DNA of 41,815 bases, taken from Leptospirales bacterium (GTDB lineage: Bacteria > Spirochaetota > Leptospiria > Turneriellales > JAOUFE01). Under the pieces are notes generated by a model. That model did not search any database. It saw only the letters and a list, made by a program, of their open reading frames with translations, and was not told the origin of the DNA. The stretch spans positions 1 to 41,815 of the forward strand of contig JBEQLE010000018.1 of the NCBI GenBank assembly GCA_040326155.1, given 5' to 3'. This document shows, piece by piece, positions 1 through 9,863 of this stretch. Numbering within the stretch: position 1 is the stretch's first letter; the number at the start of each line of letters is the position of its first letter. A program made the position numbers and the translations under genes.

Positions 1-436
1 TATTCAAATGAATAGACAAAAAGCAAAAATTGTAGATATTAAAACTAAGATTGATCAACTTGAAAAAGAACACTCACCCAATATAAAAATAGCATTTAAA
101 CATTTTATTCGAAATCCTACAGACAAAGTTGCTGCTCATGCGTTTGAGTGCGCCGCTGAACAAAACAAAGCTATGGACATGTACCGTATAATTTTTGCCA
201 CAGGCCCCAAAGAAGAGTATTCCACATATGCGAAACAAATTGGAATCGGAGTAAGCGATTTTGAAGTTTGTATGAAATCTGGGAAATTTAACGATAAAAT
301 TGATAATGATTTATCTCAGGGTTTAGAAATCGGTATTAACGGAACGCCTGCTTTCTTAATTCAAGACAGACTCGTGGTCGGCCTTCAACCATATGGTGTG
401 TTTGATAAAGTAATCGGTATGTCAAAAACAGATTAA
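1..436 (+). CDS. DsbA/thioredoxin-fold protein, C-terminal part (5' end probably outside window)
   Basis: Frame is open to the window edge. 'IAFKHF', 'AAHAFECAAEQNK' and the cis-Pro motif 'GINGTPAFLI...G.QP' are typical of DsbA-like proteins. Confidence 0.75.
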   Translation, partial: IQMNRQKAKIVDIKTKIDQLEKEHSPNIKIAFKHFIRNPTDKVAAHAFECAAEQNKAMDMYRIIFATGPKEEYSTYAKQIGIGVSDFEVCMKSGKFNDKIDNDLSQGLEIGINGTPAFLIQDRLVVGLQPYGVFDKVIGMSKTD

Positions 437-475
437 CTTTTACCAGTTTAATCTTGAAAACCTTATTCAACAAGT

Positions 476-2125
476 ATGGAACCTAAAAACAATAGAGGCA
501 GATGGTCATCAAAAATGAGTTTTATTATGGCTGCTGCGGGTTCTGCGGTCGGCCTGGGTAACTTATGGAAATTCCCCTATATTGCCTGGAATAATGGCGG
601 GGGATTGTTTATTCTAATCTATCTTGTGGCTATTGTTTTAGTCGGTCTGCCCATAATGATTGCTGAAATCACTATGGGTAAATTAAGCCGAAAAAACCCG
701 GTAGGCGCATTTCGTACTTTGAGTCCCCCTAAATCGCCTTTTCGTTTTGTTGGCTTGCTCGGTATTTTAACCGCTTTTATAATACTGAGTTACTACGCCG
801 TAGTTGCAGGATGGGGAATTCAATATTCGATTCACTCGATACAGGGAAAATTTTATGAAACGCCTAAAGAGCAAATCTATCCTCTTTTAGCATCGGAAGA
901 TACAAAAGGGGAAAATTTAGCTTTTGTGAAACGAAAAGCCTTTGAAGAAGGAACCCTGGAGCCTCTGAGCGATGTTTTGAAAGAGGAAATGTTGATAGAT
1001 GCGGGCATAATATCTATAGACGATCCACCGAGTTCTGAAACGATCAACCGGGAATGGAAAAATAACCGCGAACAAATATCTTTAAAGCTTCAATCACAGG
1101 TGAACCTGGAAAAATGGCATGATTATTTTTATTCTGAAAAACAGATTTCCCATGACTATATATCATGGATACAAAAAACACTGTTGCCTGTTTATTCAGT
1201 AAAACTTTTTGTTGAATTCGTAGGTGATCCGATTAGAACCATCGGGTTTCAGACTATTATTATGCTGATTACCATGCTCATTGTTATTGGAGGTGTCGGT
1301 GGAGGTATCGAAAAGTTTACCCGATTTTTTATGCCTCTTTTATTTTTTATGATGATTCTTTTGGTTATAAATTCCCTGATGCTCGACAATGAACAAGAGG
1401 GGGTCCGTTTTATGCTTTTTGGGGACCCTGGAAAACTGAACCAATACTCTTTTCTAGAAGCGCTGGGTCATGCATTTTTCACATTAAGTCTCGGTATGGG
1501 AGCCATGATGACTTACGGAAGTTATACACGAGAAAATTCCAATGTTGTCTCCAACGCAATCTGGGTTACCGCTTTAGATACCATTGTCGCTCTGCTCGCC
1601 TGCTTAATGATATTTCCAATTATATTTTCATATGGACTGGACCCGAAAGAAAGCATTGGCATACTATTTACGACACTTCCGCTTGAACTTTTTAAATTCA
1701 AAGGCGGCAATATTATTTCATTGGTTTTTTATTGTCTGGTGTTGCTTGCCGCAATTACCTCTGCTATATCCTTGCTCGAAGTGGTTGTCGCTTATTTAAT
1801 AGATGAATGGAAACTTACTCGTAAAGTGGCGGCTTTAACCGCTACGGGGGCAATTTACTTGCTGGGTATTGGCTCTGCTGTCAATGGAGATTTTTTAGAG
1901 CAAGCTGATGCTTTGGCCATGATTTACCTGTTACCCATCGGGGGCTTTTTAATAGCCATCTTCGCGGGTTATCAAATTAATTTTGACTTACTTAAAAAAG
2001 AATTTACCGACCATAATTATCCACAATGGAGTATTACCGCGTTTCGCATCAGTATTCGTTATATTACCCCATGTCTCGTTATTTTGGTTATGTTAACACC
2101 TTTAATAAAGGAATACTGGCACTAA
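476..2125 (+). CDS. Sodium-dependent transporter, NSS/SNF (LeuT-like) family
   Basis: Signature 'RGRWSS..FIMAAAGSAVGLGNLWKFPY', 'GHAFFTLSLGMGAMMTYGSY' and many TM segments. Confidence 0.95.
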   Translation: MEPKNNRGRWSSKMSFIMAAAGSAVGLGNLWKFPYIAWNNGGGLFILIYLVAIVLVGLPIMIAEITMGKLSRKNPVGAFRTLSPPKSPFRFVGLLGILTAFIILSYYAVVAGWGIQYSIHSIQGKFYETPKEQIYPLLASEDTKGENLAFVKRKAFEEGTLEPLSDVLKEEMLIDAGIISIDDPPSSETINREWKNNREQISLKLQSQVNLEKWHDYFYSEKQISHDYISWIQKTLLPVYSVKLFVEFVGDPIRTIGFQTIIMLITMLIVIGGVGGGIEKFTRFFMPLLFFMMILLVINSLMLDNEQEGVRFMLFGDPGKLNQYSFLEALGHAFFTLSLGMGAMMTYGSYTRENSNVVSNAIWVTALDTIVALLACLMIFPIIFSYGLDPKESIGILFTTLPLELFKFKGGNIISLVFYCLVLLAAITSAISLLEVVVAYLIDEWKLTRKVAALTATGAIYLLGIGSAVNGDFLEQADALAMIYLLPIGGFLIAIFAGYQINFDLLKKEFTDHNYPQWSITAFRISIRYITPCLVILVMLTPLIKEYWH

Positions 2126-2161
2126 ATTACGCAATACGGAAAAACGAAAAAAGGATATAAT

Positions 2162-2881
2162 TTGGCTCTGACACAAAACTATAAATTTACAGAAAAAATT
2201 CTTATGCGTTTTGCAATTTTTCTAACTCATCTGTTGCTGAATTTGCTCGGAAAATCATTGAGAATTTCAGTAACTCAAGGGTCTGATCTAATTGATAAAG
2301 TAATTAACGAGGGCAAACCTGTTATTCTTGCTACCTGGCACAACAGGCTACTCTTTTTTTCTTATTTTCTTTCTACCAGGTATGTCCAAAAAGGTTTAAA
2401 AACAATTGTTTTAGTCAGCCCATCTAAAGATGGTGATCTTGCTGCAACTGTAGCCGAGAAATTTTACGCCGAAACTATTCGCGGTTCTTCCTCAAGGTCA
2501 GGCGCTTCGGCTTTTCTGAAACTGGTTCGTAAAATGAGAAAACAAGGTTATTCCATAGTTATTATGCCGGACGGTCCGCGCGGCCCCTGCTACGATTTTA
2601 AACCAGGAGCAATTCAGTTATCATCCATGAACCAGGCGCCAATTTATCTGTTAAACTCTACAATGGAAAAAAAATGGAGTTTGAATTCCTGGGATAGAAT
2701 GTCTATTCCCAAACCTTTCTCGAAAGTACAGGTAAAAGTGGAAGGACCAATTCAAATACCTAAAGATCTTACAGATGAAAAGATACAAAAATGGCAAAAG
2801 GACCTGTCAAAACGTCTGCTGAACTTATCGGACGATAACCCAACGCCAAAAAACAAGTCAAAGACTATCGTCGATGGGTAA
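2162..2881 (+). CDS. Lysophospholipid acyltransferase-like protein (DUF374 type)
   Basis: 'ILATWHNR', 'SPSKDGD', 'IRGSSSRSG', 'PDGPRGP', 'WDRMSIPKPFS'. TTG start after AAGGA; ATG at 2204 is an alternative. Confidence 0.85.
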   Translation: MALTQNYKFTEKILMRFAIFLTHLLLNLLGKSLRISVTQGSDLIDKVINEGKPVILATWHNRLLFFSYFLSTRYVQKGLKTIVLVSPSKDGDLAATVAEKFYAETIRGSSSRSGASAFLKLVRKMRKQGYSIVIMPDGPRGPCYDFKPGAIQLSSMNQAPIYLLNSTMEKKWSLNSWDRMSIPKPFSKVQVKVEGPIQIPKDLTDEKIQKWQKDLSKRLLNLSDDNPTPKNKSKTIVDG

Positions 2882-4120
2882 AACCACAATTTCCGCTTTT
2901 ATCCCTTCTAGCTTGTTAATCTCTTTAATGGCGACTTGAAAATCTTTACGTAAACACCGGTGAGTAACGATAATTAGATCGACATCGTCACCTTCGACTT
3001 TTTCATACGGGGCTTCCTGGTGAACCGAGGCGATCGAAATGCCACTTTTACTAAGTAAACCGGTAATTAGAGTTAACATGCCTGTTTTATCTTTAACCAA
3101 CATTCTCATATAAAAAGCGTTCGTTTTTTCATCTTGAGGTGAAATATGGCCATACACCCAGGAAAAAGATTCAGATTGTAAAGGGTTGTGATTACCTTGA
3201 GTAAAATGCATAATATCGCTCAATACCGAATATGCAGTAGGAAAACCGCCCGCCCCTTTTCCTACAAATAGATGATCTCCCGAATAGTTGCCCTGGAACA
3301 TAATCGCATTATTTTCCATATCGATGTCCCACAAAAAGTGCGATGGGCCAATTAAAGAGGGTTCAACGGAGAGAAAAACTTTATCATTTACTTTCTGGTA
3401 TCTTGAAATTTGCCGTATACGATACCCCATTCTTTCGGCGACACTAATATCTGCCAGACGGATATTTTCTATACCACGTACATCGATATTGTGGTATTCC
3501 ATCCAGGTTCCGCTCAATAAAGAACCCAGTAAAGCCAGTTTATGGACCGCGTCCATTCCGTTTATATCGAGTGTGGGGTCTGCTTCTGCAAAACCAAGTT
3601 TTTTGGCATCTTCCAGTACAATAGTATAATCGAGTTTTTCTTTTCTCATTCTACTTAATATATAGTTCGTGGTGCCGTTTAATATTCCTTCTAAAAAGGG
3701 AATATCCTCATAGAAAAAAATATTTTCAAGATTACGTATAATAGGAAGGGCTCCGGCAACGGCGGCTTCAAAGCCAATTTTTACACCATTCTGGTTTGCT
3801 TTGTTAAACAGTGCATACCCATGTTCTGCCAGTAAAAACTTGTTCGCGGTAATTACGTTTTTTTTCTTATCGAGCGCTTCGCGCACAACATAAAGAGCAT
3901 GATCTATCCCACCCATCGTTTCTACAATAATATCAATGGATTCATTATTTAGAAGATCTTCCGGTTGATCGGACGCTGGAATATCACCTATTATATCTTT
4001 TTTCTTATGAAAACTGCGATCTACAATCCCGACAATTTCAATCGGGTAATTCCCTTTCTGAATTATCTCTACCAGGCTTTTTCCTACGGTTCCGAGCCCG
4101 AACAAACCAATTTTGACCAT
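2858..4120 (-). CDS. hom: Homoserine dehydrogenase with C-terminal ACT domain
   Basis: 'GLFGLGTVG', 'VITANK', 'FEAAVAGALPII', 'GILNGTTNYIL', 'GFAEADPTLDING.DA.HKL'. Start placed at ATG 4120. Confidence 0.95.
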   Translation of the reverse strand: MVKIGLFGLGTVGKSLVEIIQKGNYPIEIVGIVDRSFHKKKDIIGDIPASDQPEDLLNNESIDIIVETMGGIDHALYVVREALDKKKNVITANKFLLAEHGYALFNKANQNGVKIGFEAAVAGALPIIRNLENIFFYEDIPFLEGILNGTTNYILSRMRKEKLDYTIVLEDAKKLGFAEADPTLDINGMDAVHKLALLGSLLSGTWMEYHNIDVRGIENIRLADISVAERMGYRIRQISRYQKVNDKVFLSVEPSLIGPSHFLWDIDMENNAIMFQGNYSGDHLFVGKGAGGFPTAYSVLSDIMHFTQGNHNPLQSESFSWVYGHISPQDEKTNAFYMRMLVKDKTGMLTLITGLLSKSGISIASVHQEAPYEKVEGDDVDLIIVTHRCLRKDFQVAIKEINKLEGIKAEIVVLPIDDSL

Positions 4121-4162
4121 GTGGATGAGAAACAAGGCAGTTACCTATTGTAAAGTCTAATC

Positions 4163-4203
4163 GTGGTATGGTGGAATACCCCGAAATTGGGGTTCCCAAC
4201 CAC
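4163..4203. repeat. GC-rich imperfect hairpin in the divergent hom/polA intergenic region
   Basis: GTGGTATGGTGGAATACCCC-GAAATT-GGGGTTCCCAACCAC is self-complementary with bulges. Confidence 0.5.
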
Positions 4204-4268
4204 AACAATCACGATTTACAGATCGGCTCGCGAATCTAATTTGACTAGACCAACAAGGAACTCATTAT

Positions 4269-7247
4269 ATGTCGAATACACCGAAACGTTTTATTATTGT
4301 AGATGGCCATGCGATGGCTTACCGAGCTTTTTATGCATTGCAGGGCCAGAATTTGACCGACTCGAAAGGGAATCCGACAGAGACCATTTTCGGGTTTTTT
4401 CGTATGCTGGGGAAATACATAAAAGACCTGAAACCGGACTACTTTGTGACGGCTTTTGACTTTCCCGCTAAAACCTTTCGACATAAAAAATACTCCTTTT
4501 ATAAGGCAAACAGGTCCCCTACTCCTGAGCCCCTAAAGGCGCAAATTCGTTCGATCTATCAAATTTTTGAAAAACTTTCACTTCCCATGATTTCCATTGA
4601 AGGTTACGAAGCCGATGATATTATCTTCACACTGGCCAACGTACACCGTTCTAAAGATTTAGAAATAAATATTATCAGCGGGGACAAAGATCTGTTTGCG
4701 TTGTTGGATGATACCGTACATCTGTTGCGTCCACAGCGAGGCGCCAGCGAATTCAGAATAATGAACGGGGAATCTGTTGTAGAAGAAATTGGAGTTAAGC
4801 CCGAACAAGTTTTTGAATTTATGGCTTTAACCGGAGATACGGCTGATAACGTTCCAGGCGTAAAAGGGGTGGGTTCAAAAACTGCCGCCAAACTTATTAA
4901 AGAGTATGGAACCCTTGAAAATATTTACAAAAATGTGGAAGATGTTCGAAACGCAAAATTGAAAGAGAAATTAATACAAGACAAAGAAAATGCATTTGTT
5001 TCTCTCGATCTGGTTACGTTACGTAATTTTGAATTTGAAAACAAGCTCGATGGTTTTATATGGAACAAGGATAATCTGGTTTCCAACTCAGTCTCTATTT
5101 TTCGAGAATATGAACTGACGAAACTCTACGAAGAGTGGAGCAAACTTTTCGGAAACAAGCCGACGGCATCTGAACCAGAACCAAAACCCGTACCAAATAA
5201 AGAGAAAAACAGTGCGCCCGCAAACCAACCGGAGACGAAGACCCTGTTTGAATCTAAGGACGAGAATGAAACGGAAGCATCAAAAGAAGCAAACAACGAA
5301 AATACTGAAGATGCAACTCAGGAACAATTTCTTACAAATATAACTCTGGTTCGAACAAAATCAGAGTGGGAAAAATTTGAAAAGCAAATGCTGACTTGCA
5401 GTGAAATTGCAATAGACACCGAAACAACTTCCGTAGACCCTATGCGGGCCCAGCTCGTAGGTGCCTCTTTTGCATGGTCCATGGATGGCGAAAAATATGC
5501 AATCTACATTCCGGTAATGTTTGACACGCAACATGAGTATCATCTCGATTACCAGGACATGGCTCCAGGAGAAGAGGTTCTCGAATGGATAAAACCAATT
5601 CTTGAAAACGAACAAATAAAAAAAACAGGTCAAAATATAAAATACGACGCACTGGTATTGCAAAATCATAATGTAGAAATAAAAGCGATTCAATACGATA
5701 CCATGGTCATCTCCTTTTTATTAGATCCGAACTCGCGAAAGCATGGCCTGGACGATCTCTCTTTTCAATATTTGCATCACAACACTATAAAATATTCCGA
5801 TATTGCCGGCAGTGGTAAAAAAGCTAGACCGTTAGTCCAGGTTCCCTTAGAAGATTTGGTAAAATATGCCGGTGAAGACGCCGAAATTGCCTACCGTTTA
5901 AAAGAGACCCTATACCCTTTACTTGAAAAAGAGAATCTTCTAAAGTTGTACGATACCATCGACTTACCAATGGTAACCCTCTTAAAAAAAATGCAATTAA
6001 ACGGGGTTTGCATCGACACTAGATATTTACAAACTCTTGATACGAAATACCAAAACAAACTCGATATAATACAAGCCAAAATTCACGAACTGGCCGATGA
6101 AGTCTTCAATATTAATTCCACGAAAGAACTGCAACGAATTTTATTTGAAAAACTTGAAATTAAGTCCAAAAAGAAAACCCCGAAAGGCGCCCTATCGACC
6201 CAGGCATCTGTACTTGAAAACCTGAGAGACCAGCATCCCATTATCGATGAAATATTACACCACCGTACTTTGACTAAACTTTTAACGACGTATATTCATA
6301 CCCTGCCGGGGTTTATTCTCCCGACTACAAAAAGGGTGCATACATCGTTATCGCAGACCATTGCAGCTACGGGAAGACTCGCATCTTCTGAACCCAACCT
6401 TCAAAATATTCCCATAAAAGGAGAAGACGGCGCGGCCCTTCGCAAAGCTTTTATAGCTCCCAAAGGATATTCCCTGCTCTCCCTGGATTACAGCCAAATT
6501 GAACTTCGTATACTGGCTCACTACAGCGAGGACGAACATCTAGTTCGCGCATATGAAAATGACGAGGATATTCATGACCAGGCGGCCTATCTCTTGTTTC
6601 ATAAATATTTTAACCCGGATGACAATACCTGGTCTGAAACAGCCCTGAATAAAACACAAGAAAGTTTTGACGCTTCCATTATGAAAAAGATGAAACAGAC
6701 TCCGGAATTTGTTCAAAAAAGAAGTCAGGCGAAAGTTCTAAATTTCTCGATTGCCTACGGTGTCACGCAATATGGCCTGGCGCGCAGCTTAAATATTGCT
6801 CAAGACGAAGCGAAAGAATTAATTCAACAATACTTTGCCTCTTTTCCGGGCATTAAAAAATATATGGATAGAACCATCGCAGCCGCTCAGACAATGCGAT
6901 ATTCAATAAATTTTTTCGGCAGAAAACGAAAAGTCGATAACATTAACGACAAAAACAGGTTTTTAAGAGAGGCCGCCGAAAGACTGGCTATCAATAACCC
7001 GATTCAATCTACAGCTGCGGACCTCATTAAAGTTGCCATGTTACATATTCAAAATGAATTAGAAAGACTCAACATGAAAACAAAAATGATTTTACAAATT
7101 CACGATGAGCTTTTATTTGAAGTTCCCGACAATGAAAAAGATTCCGCCTTTTCTCTTATACAAAATTCCATGGAAAATGCAATTCAACTTGATGTTCCCT
7201 TGAAAGTTACCGGAGGGTTCGGGCAAAATTGGCAGGAAGCCAAGTAG
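4269..7247 (+). CDS. polA: DNA polymerase I
   Basis: 5'-3' exo 'IVDGHAMAYRAFYA' and 'EADDII'; 3'-5' exo 'IDTETT', 'NIKYD', 'YAGED'; polymerase 'TGRLASSEPNLQNIP', 'DYSQIELRILAH', 'LQIHDEL'. Confidence 0.98.
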   Translation: MSNTPKRFIIVDGHAMAYRAFYALQGQNLTDSKGNPTETIFGFFRMLGKYIKDLKPDYFVTAFDFPAKTFRHKKYSFYKANRSPTPEPLKAQIRSIYQIFEKLSLPMISIEGYEADDIIFTLANVHRSKDLEINIISGDKDLFALLDDTVHLLRPQRGASEFRIMNGESVVEEIGVKPEQVFEFMALTGDTADNVPGVKGVGSKTAAKLIKEYGTLENIYKNVEDVRNAKLKEKLIQDKENAFVSLDLVTLRNFEFENKLDGFIWNKDNLVSNSVSIFREYELTKLYEEWSKLFGNKPTASEPEPKPVPNKEKNSAPANQPETKTLFESKDENETEASKEANNENTEDATQEQFLTNITLVRTKSEWEKFEKQMLTCSEIAIDTETTSVDPMRAQLVGASFAWSMDGEKYAIYIPVMFDTQHEYHLDYQDMAPGEEVLEWIKPILENEQIKKTGQNIKYDALVLQNHNVEIKAIQYDTMVISFLLDPNSRKHGLDDLSFQYLHHNTIKYSDIAGSGKKARPLVQVPLEDLVKYAGEDAEIAYRLKETLYPLLEKENLLKLYDTIDLPMVTLLKKMQLNGVCIDTRYLQTLDTKYQNKLDIIQAKIHELADEVFNINSTKELQRILFEKLEIKSKKKTPKGALSTQASVLENLRDQHPIIDEILHHRTLTKLLTTYIHTLPGFILPTTKRVHTSLSQTIAATGRLASSEPNLQNIPIKGEDGAALRKAFIAPKGYSLLSLDYSQIELRILAHYSEDEHLVRAYENDEDIHDQAAYLLFHKYFNPDDNTWSETALNKTQESFDASIMKKMKQTPEFVQKRSQAKVLNFSIAYGVTQYGLARSLNIAQDEAKELIQQYFASFPGIKKYMDRTIAAAQTMRYSINFFGRKRKVDNINDKNRFLREAAERLAINNPIQSTAADLIKVAMLHIQNELERLNMKTKMILQIHDELLFEVPDNEKDSAFSLIQNSMENAIQLDVPLKVTGGFGQNWQEAK

Positions 7248-7294
7248 CCAAGTAGCCAAATAGTCAAAGAGTCAAAGAGTCAAATAACAAAGTA
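7239..7294 (+). repeat. Degenerate 8-bp tandem repeat (~7 units) spanning the polA stop and the polA-panC spacer
   Basis: GCCAAGTA GCCAAGTA GCCAAATA GTCAAAGA GTCAAAGA GTCAAATA ACAAAGTA. Confidence 0.85.
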
Positions 7295-7306
7295 GCAAAT
7301 ACCAAA

Positions 7307-8164
7307 ATGCAAACAGTAAAAACAATTCACGAAATGAAATCGATAAGCGCTCAGCATCGATGTAACTTTCCTGACAAGAAAATAACTTTAGTACCCACCA
7401 TGGGATTCTTACACGAAGGACATTTATCGCTTATTCGTATAGCAAAAAAAAAAGACAACTTCGTCATAGTTTCCATTTTTGTAAATCCCATTCAATTTAA
7501 CGACCCCGCCGACCTCGAAAAATATCCACGCGATGAAACCAGTGACATAGAGAAACTAAACGCTTCGGGTGTGGATCTTTTGTTTATACCCACGACCCTC
7601 GATGTCTACCCGGACGGTCCCCCCGATATAAGAATCGACTACCCTGAAATTACAAATAAACTTTGCGGTAAAAAACGCGTTGGCCATTTCTCAGGAGTAT
7701 TAACCGTCGTGCATAATTTATTTCAATGGGTAAAACCCCATGAGGCAATATTCGGTCAAAAAGATTACCAGCAACTCCTCCTCATTCGAAAAATGAGCAC
7801 AGAATTAAACATGGATGTAAAAGTTGTAAACGGCCCCACGATCAGAGAAGCCGACGGCCTCGCAATGAGTTCGCGTAACTCCCGCCTCTCAGACGAAGGA
7901 CGACAAAAAGCGATAAATATTCACAAGGCATTAAAAGCCGGTTGGAACTTGCACAGAAACAACAAAACCCTTAGCGCTGCGCATATTTTAGAGCAGATAA
8001 TCGACATACTGCAACAAGCCACAATCGAAATTGAGTATATCGGCTTATACAACCCCGAAACCCTGGCCGAACTCGATCTGGCAAAACCGGTACCGAAAGC
8101 TCTGGTCGCCTGCGCCGTGTTTGTCGACGGTGTTCGCCTCATCGATAATATTTTGTTGGATTAA
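7307..8164 (+). CDS. panC: Pantoate--beta-alanine ligase
   Basis: 'VPTMGFLHEGHLSLI', 'SIFVNPIQF', 'FGQKDYQQ', 'READGLAMSSRN', 'RLIDN'. Confidence 0.98.
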   Translation: MQTVKTIHEMKSISAQHRCNFPDKKITLVPTMGFLHEGHLSLIRIAKKKDNFVIVSIFVNPIQFNDPADLEKYPRDETSDIEKLNASGVDLLFIPTTLDVYPDGPPDIRIDYPEITNKLCGKKRVGHFSGVLTVVHNLFQWVKPHEAIFGQKDYQQLLLIRKMSTELNMDVKVVNGPTIREADGLAMSSRNSRLSDEGRQKAINIHKALKAGWNLHRNNKTLSAAHILEQIIDILQQATIEIEYIGLYNPETLAELDLAKPVPKALVACAVFVDGVRLIDNILLD

Positions 8165-8198
8165 ATTTTCACTGGTGGGTAATTTCCGACCAAAAGCT
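8055..8198 (+). repeat. 144-bp direct repeat, copy 1 (panC 3' end plus 34 bp downstream)
   Basis: Ungapped match to 9864-10007 with 15 mismatches by manual alignment. Confidence 0.95.
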
Positions 8199-8278
8199 TA
8201 ACAAGACAGACGACGTCAGGAGTATTTTCGTAGCGTAAAAGTACTGCATTCTCAAGTTCGTTGTGCGGAATGCTACCG
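8168..8278 (+). repeat. Dispersed hairpin-rich intergenic repeat 'A', full copy
   Basis: Ungapped 111-bp match to 11654-11764 (5 mismatches). Internal palindromes GGTGGGTAATTTCCGACC, AGTATTTT..AAAAGTACT, GCATTC..GAATGC. Confidence 0.9.
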
Positions 8279-8453
8279 CGCTAAGTTCTATGTATTCTGG
8301 TTTAATGATTTATTCAGGTGGTGCAATGTGGAATTCGCGGAATAAAATGTTGGGCGCAATGGCGAGAATCCTTATTTTATATTCAGAAGTATTGATCTTC
8401 CATATAAATAGAACTTGCCCGGATATCTAAAATATTATTCCATATACGATATT

Positions 8454-9521
8454 ATGGATAATTTCAGATTAACGAACTTGCCACCCGCCGCTGATCTAGA
8501 AACATTGGAAATAATGAAAGCCTTAAATAGGGCTAGCAGGTCACTGGCTGAATTAAAAGGAGAAGCAAAAACTATTCCAAACGAAAGAATACTCATAAAC
8601 ACTTTAAGCTTACAAGAGGCAAAAGACAGTTCGGCCATAGAAAATATTATTACGACAAATGATGAACTTTTCCGTGCATCAGTTGATGAATCTTTCAAGA
8701 ATTTAGCAACTAAAGAAGTCCAAAACTATTCCGAGGCATTGAAATATGGCTTTAAACTTATTAAAAAATTCGAATTACTGACAACGAATCATATAGCGAA
8801 AATCCATGAAAACCTGGAACCAAATAAAAAAGGATTTCGTAAAATCCCCGGAACCGCCTTAAAAAATGATATCACCGGAGAGACAGTATACACTCCTCCG
8901 CAAAATCATACCGAAATAATAAACCTGATGTCGAACTTAGAGAAATATATTAATGACGATGGTTTACACAATATTGATCCGTTACTTAAAATGGGAATTA
9001 TCCATTTTCAATTCGAAAGTATTCATCCATTTTATGATGGCAATGGAAGGACAGGCCGAATCATAAACATACTCTATTTAGTTTTAAAAGATTTATTAGA
9101 TATCCCTGTCCTATATTTGAGTCGTTATATTAAAAAAAATAAAGGAGAGTACTATCGACTACTCCAAAATGTTCGCGATAAAGAAGATTGGGCTGCATGG
9201 TTAATTTGGTTATTAAATGGTGTAACTGAAACATCCATGAATACGATGATAATGATTAGAGAAATGAATATTCTAATGAATCATTATAAAAAAGAGATTA
9301 AAGAAAAATATAAATTTTACAGTCAAGATTTGATAAATAATCTATTCGCACATCCCTACACAAAAATTGAATTTATAGAAAACGACCTAAAGGTACACAG
9401 AAATACAGCGATGTCTTATCTAAATGAATTATGCGCCGGAGGGTATCTGATAAAAACTAAATTTGGAATTTCAAATTATTACATTAATGAACCCTTATTT
9501 AATCTATTAAAAGGCGATTAA
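8454..9521 (+). CDS. Fic family protein (Fic_N + Fic + C-terminal winged helix; SoFic-like)
   Basis: Canonical Fic motif 'HPFYDGNGRTGR' and inhibitory motif 'SSAIEN'. Start placed at ATG 8454. Confidence 0.95.
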   Translation: MDNFRLTNLPPAADLETLEIMKALNRASRSLAELKGEAKTIPNERILINTLSLQEAKDSSAIENIITTNDELFRASVDESFKNLATKEVQNYSEALKYGFKLIKKFELLTTNHIAKIHENLEPNKKGFRKIPGTALKNDITGETVYTPPQNHTEIINLMSNLEKYINDDGLHNIDPLLKMGIIHFQFESIHPFYDGNGRTGRIINILYLVLKDLLDIPVLYLSRYIKKNKGEYYRLLQNVRDKEDWAAWLIWLLNGVTETSMNTMIMIREMNILMNHYKKEIKEKYKFYSQDLINNLFAHPYTKIEFIENDLKVHRNTAMSYLNELCAGGYLIKTKFGISNYYINEPLFNLLKGD

Positions 9522-9829
9522 TGTTTGCACAAATTAACTGGTTTTTTTGTGCAAAAAAGGTTAACCTGCACAATATTTGAATTAATTTGTGTAAATGATT
9601 GGCTCTTCACTACTGCCACTACCTGTGGTCCATCGATTTCAATACTATGGACAACCTGCACGGTAGAATATTGAATATTAAGTTCAGTAAAAGAATCAAA
9701 CTGTGTAGGATTATATCGAATAACCAGTTTTCCAGGATCTGCCCCTCCCGGATTTCCTGAGCCACAATAGTATACAAAAACAATAACAAGAATCAACACC
9801 CATTTGTTAAATTTCCCATATTTATTCAT
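9518..9829 (-). pseudogene. 3'-truncated/chimeric paralogue of the putative lipoprotein at 11212-11562
   Basis: 9623-9832 aligns ungapped with 11356-11565 (first ~69 codons). Homology stops at 'EIDGPQ' and the tail runs through the fic-adjacent inverted repeats. Confidence 0.7.
9524..9593. repeat. Two tandem inverted repeats TGCACAA-N14/N13-TTGTG(C/T)A immediately after fic
   Basis: TTTGCACAAA (9524-9533) / TTTGTGCAAA (9546-9555); TGCACAA (9567-9573) / TTGTGTA (9587-9593). Confidence 0.7.
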
Positions 9830-9863
9830 TTGATAATTTTATTTCCAGCGCGCAAGAGTTGAA

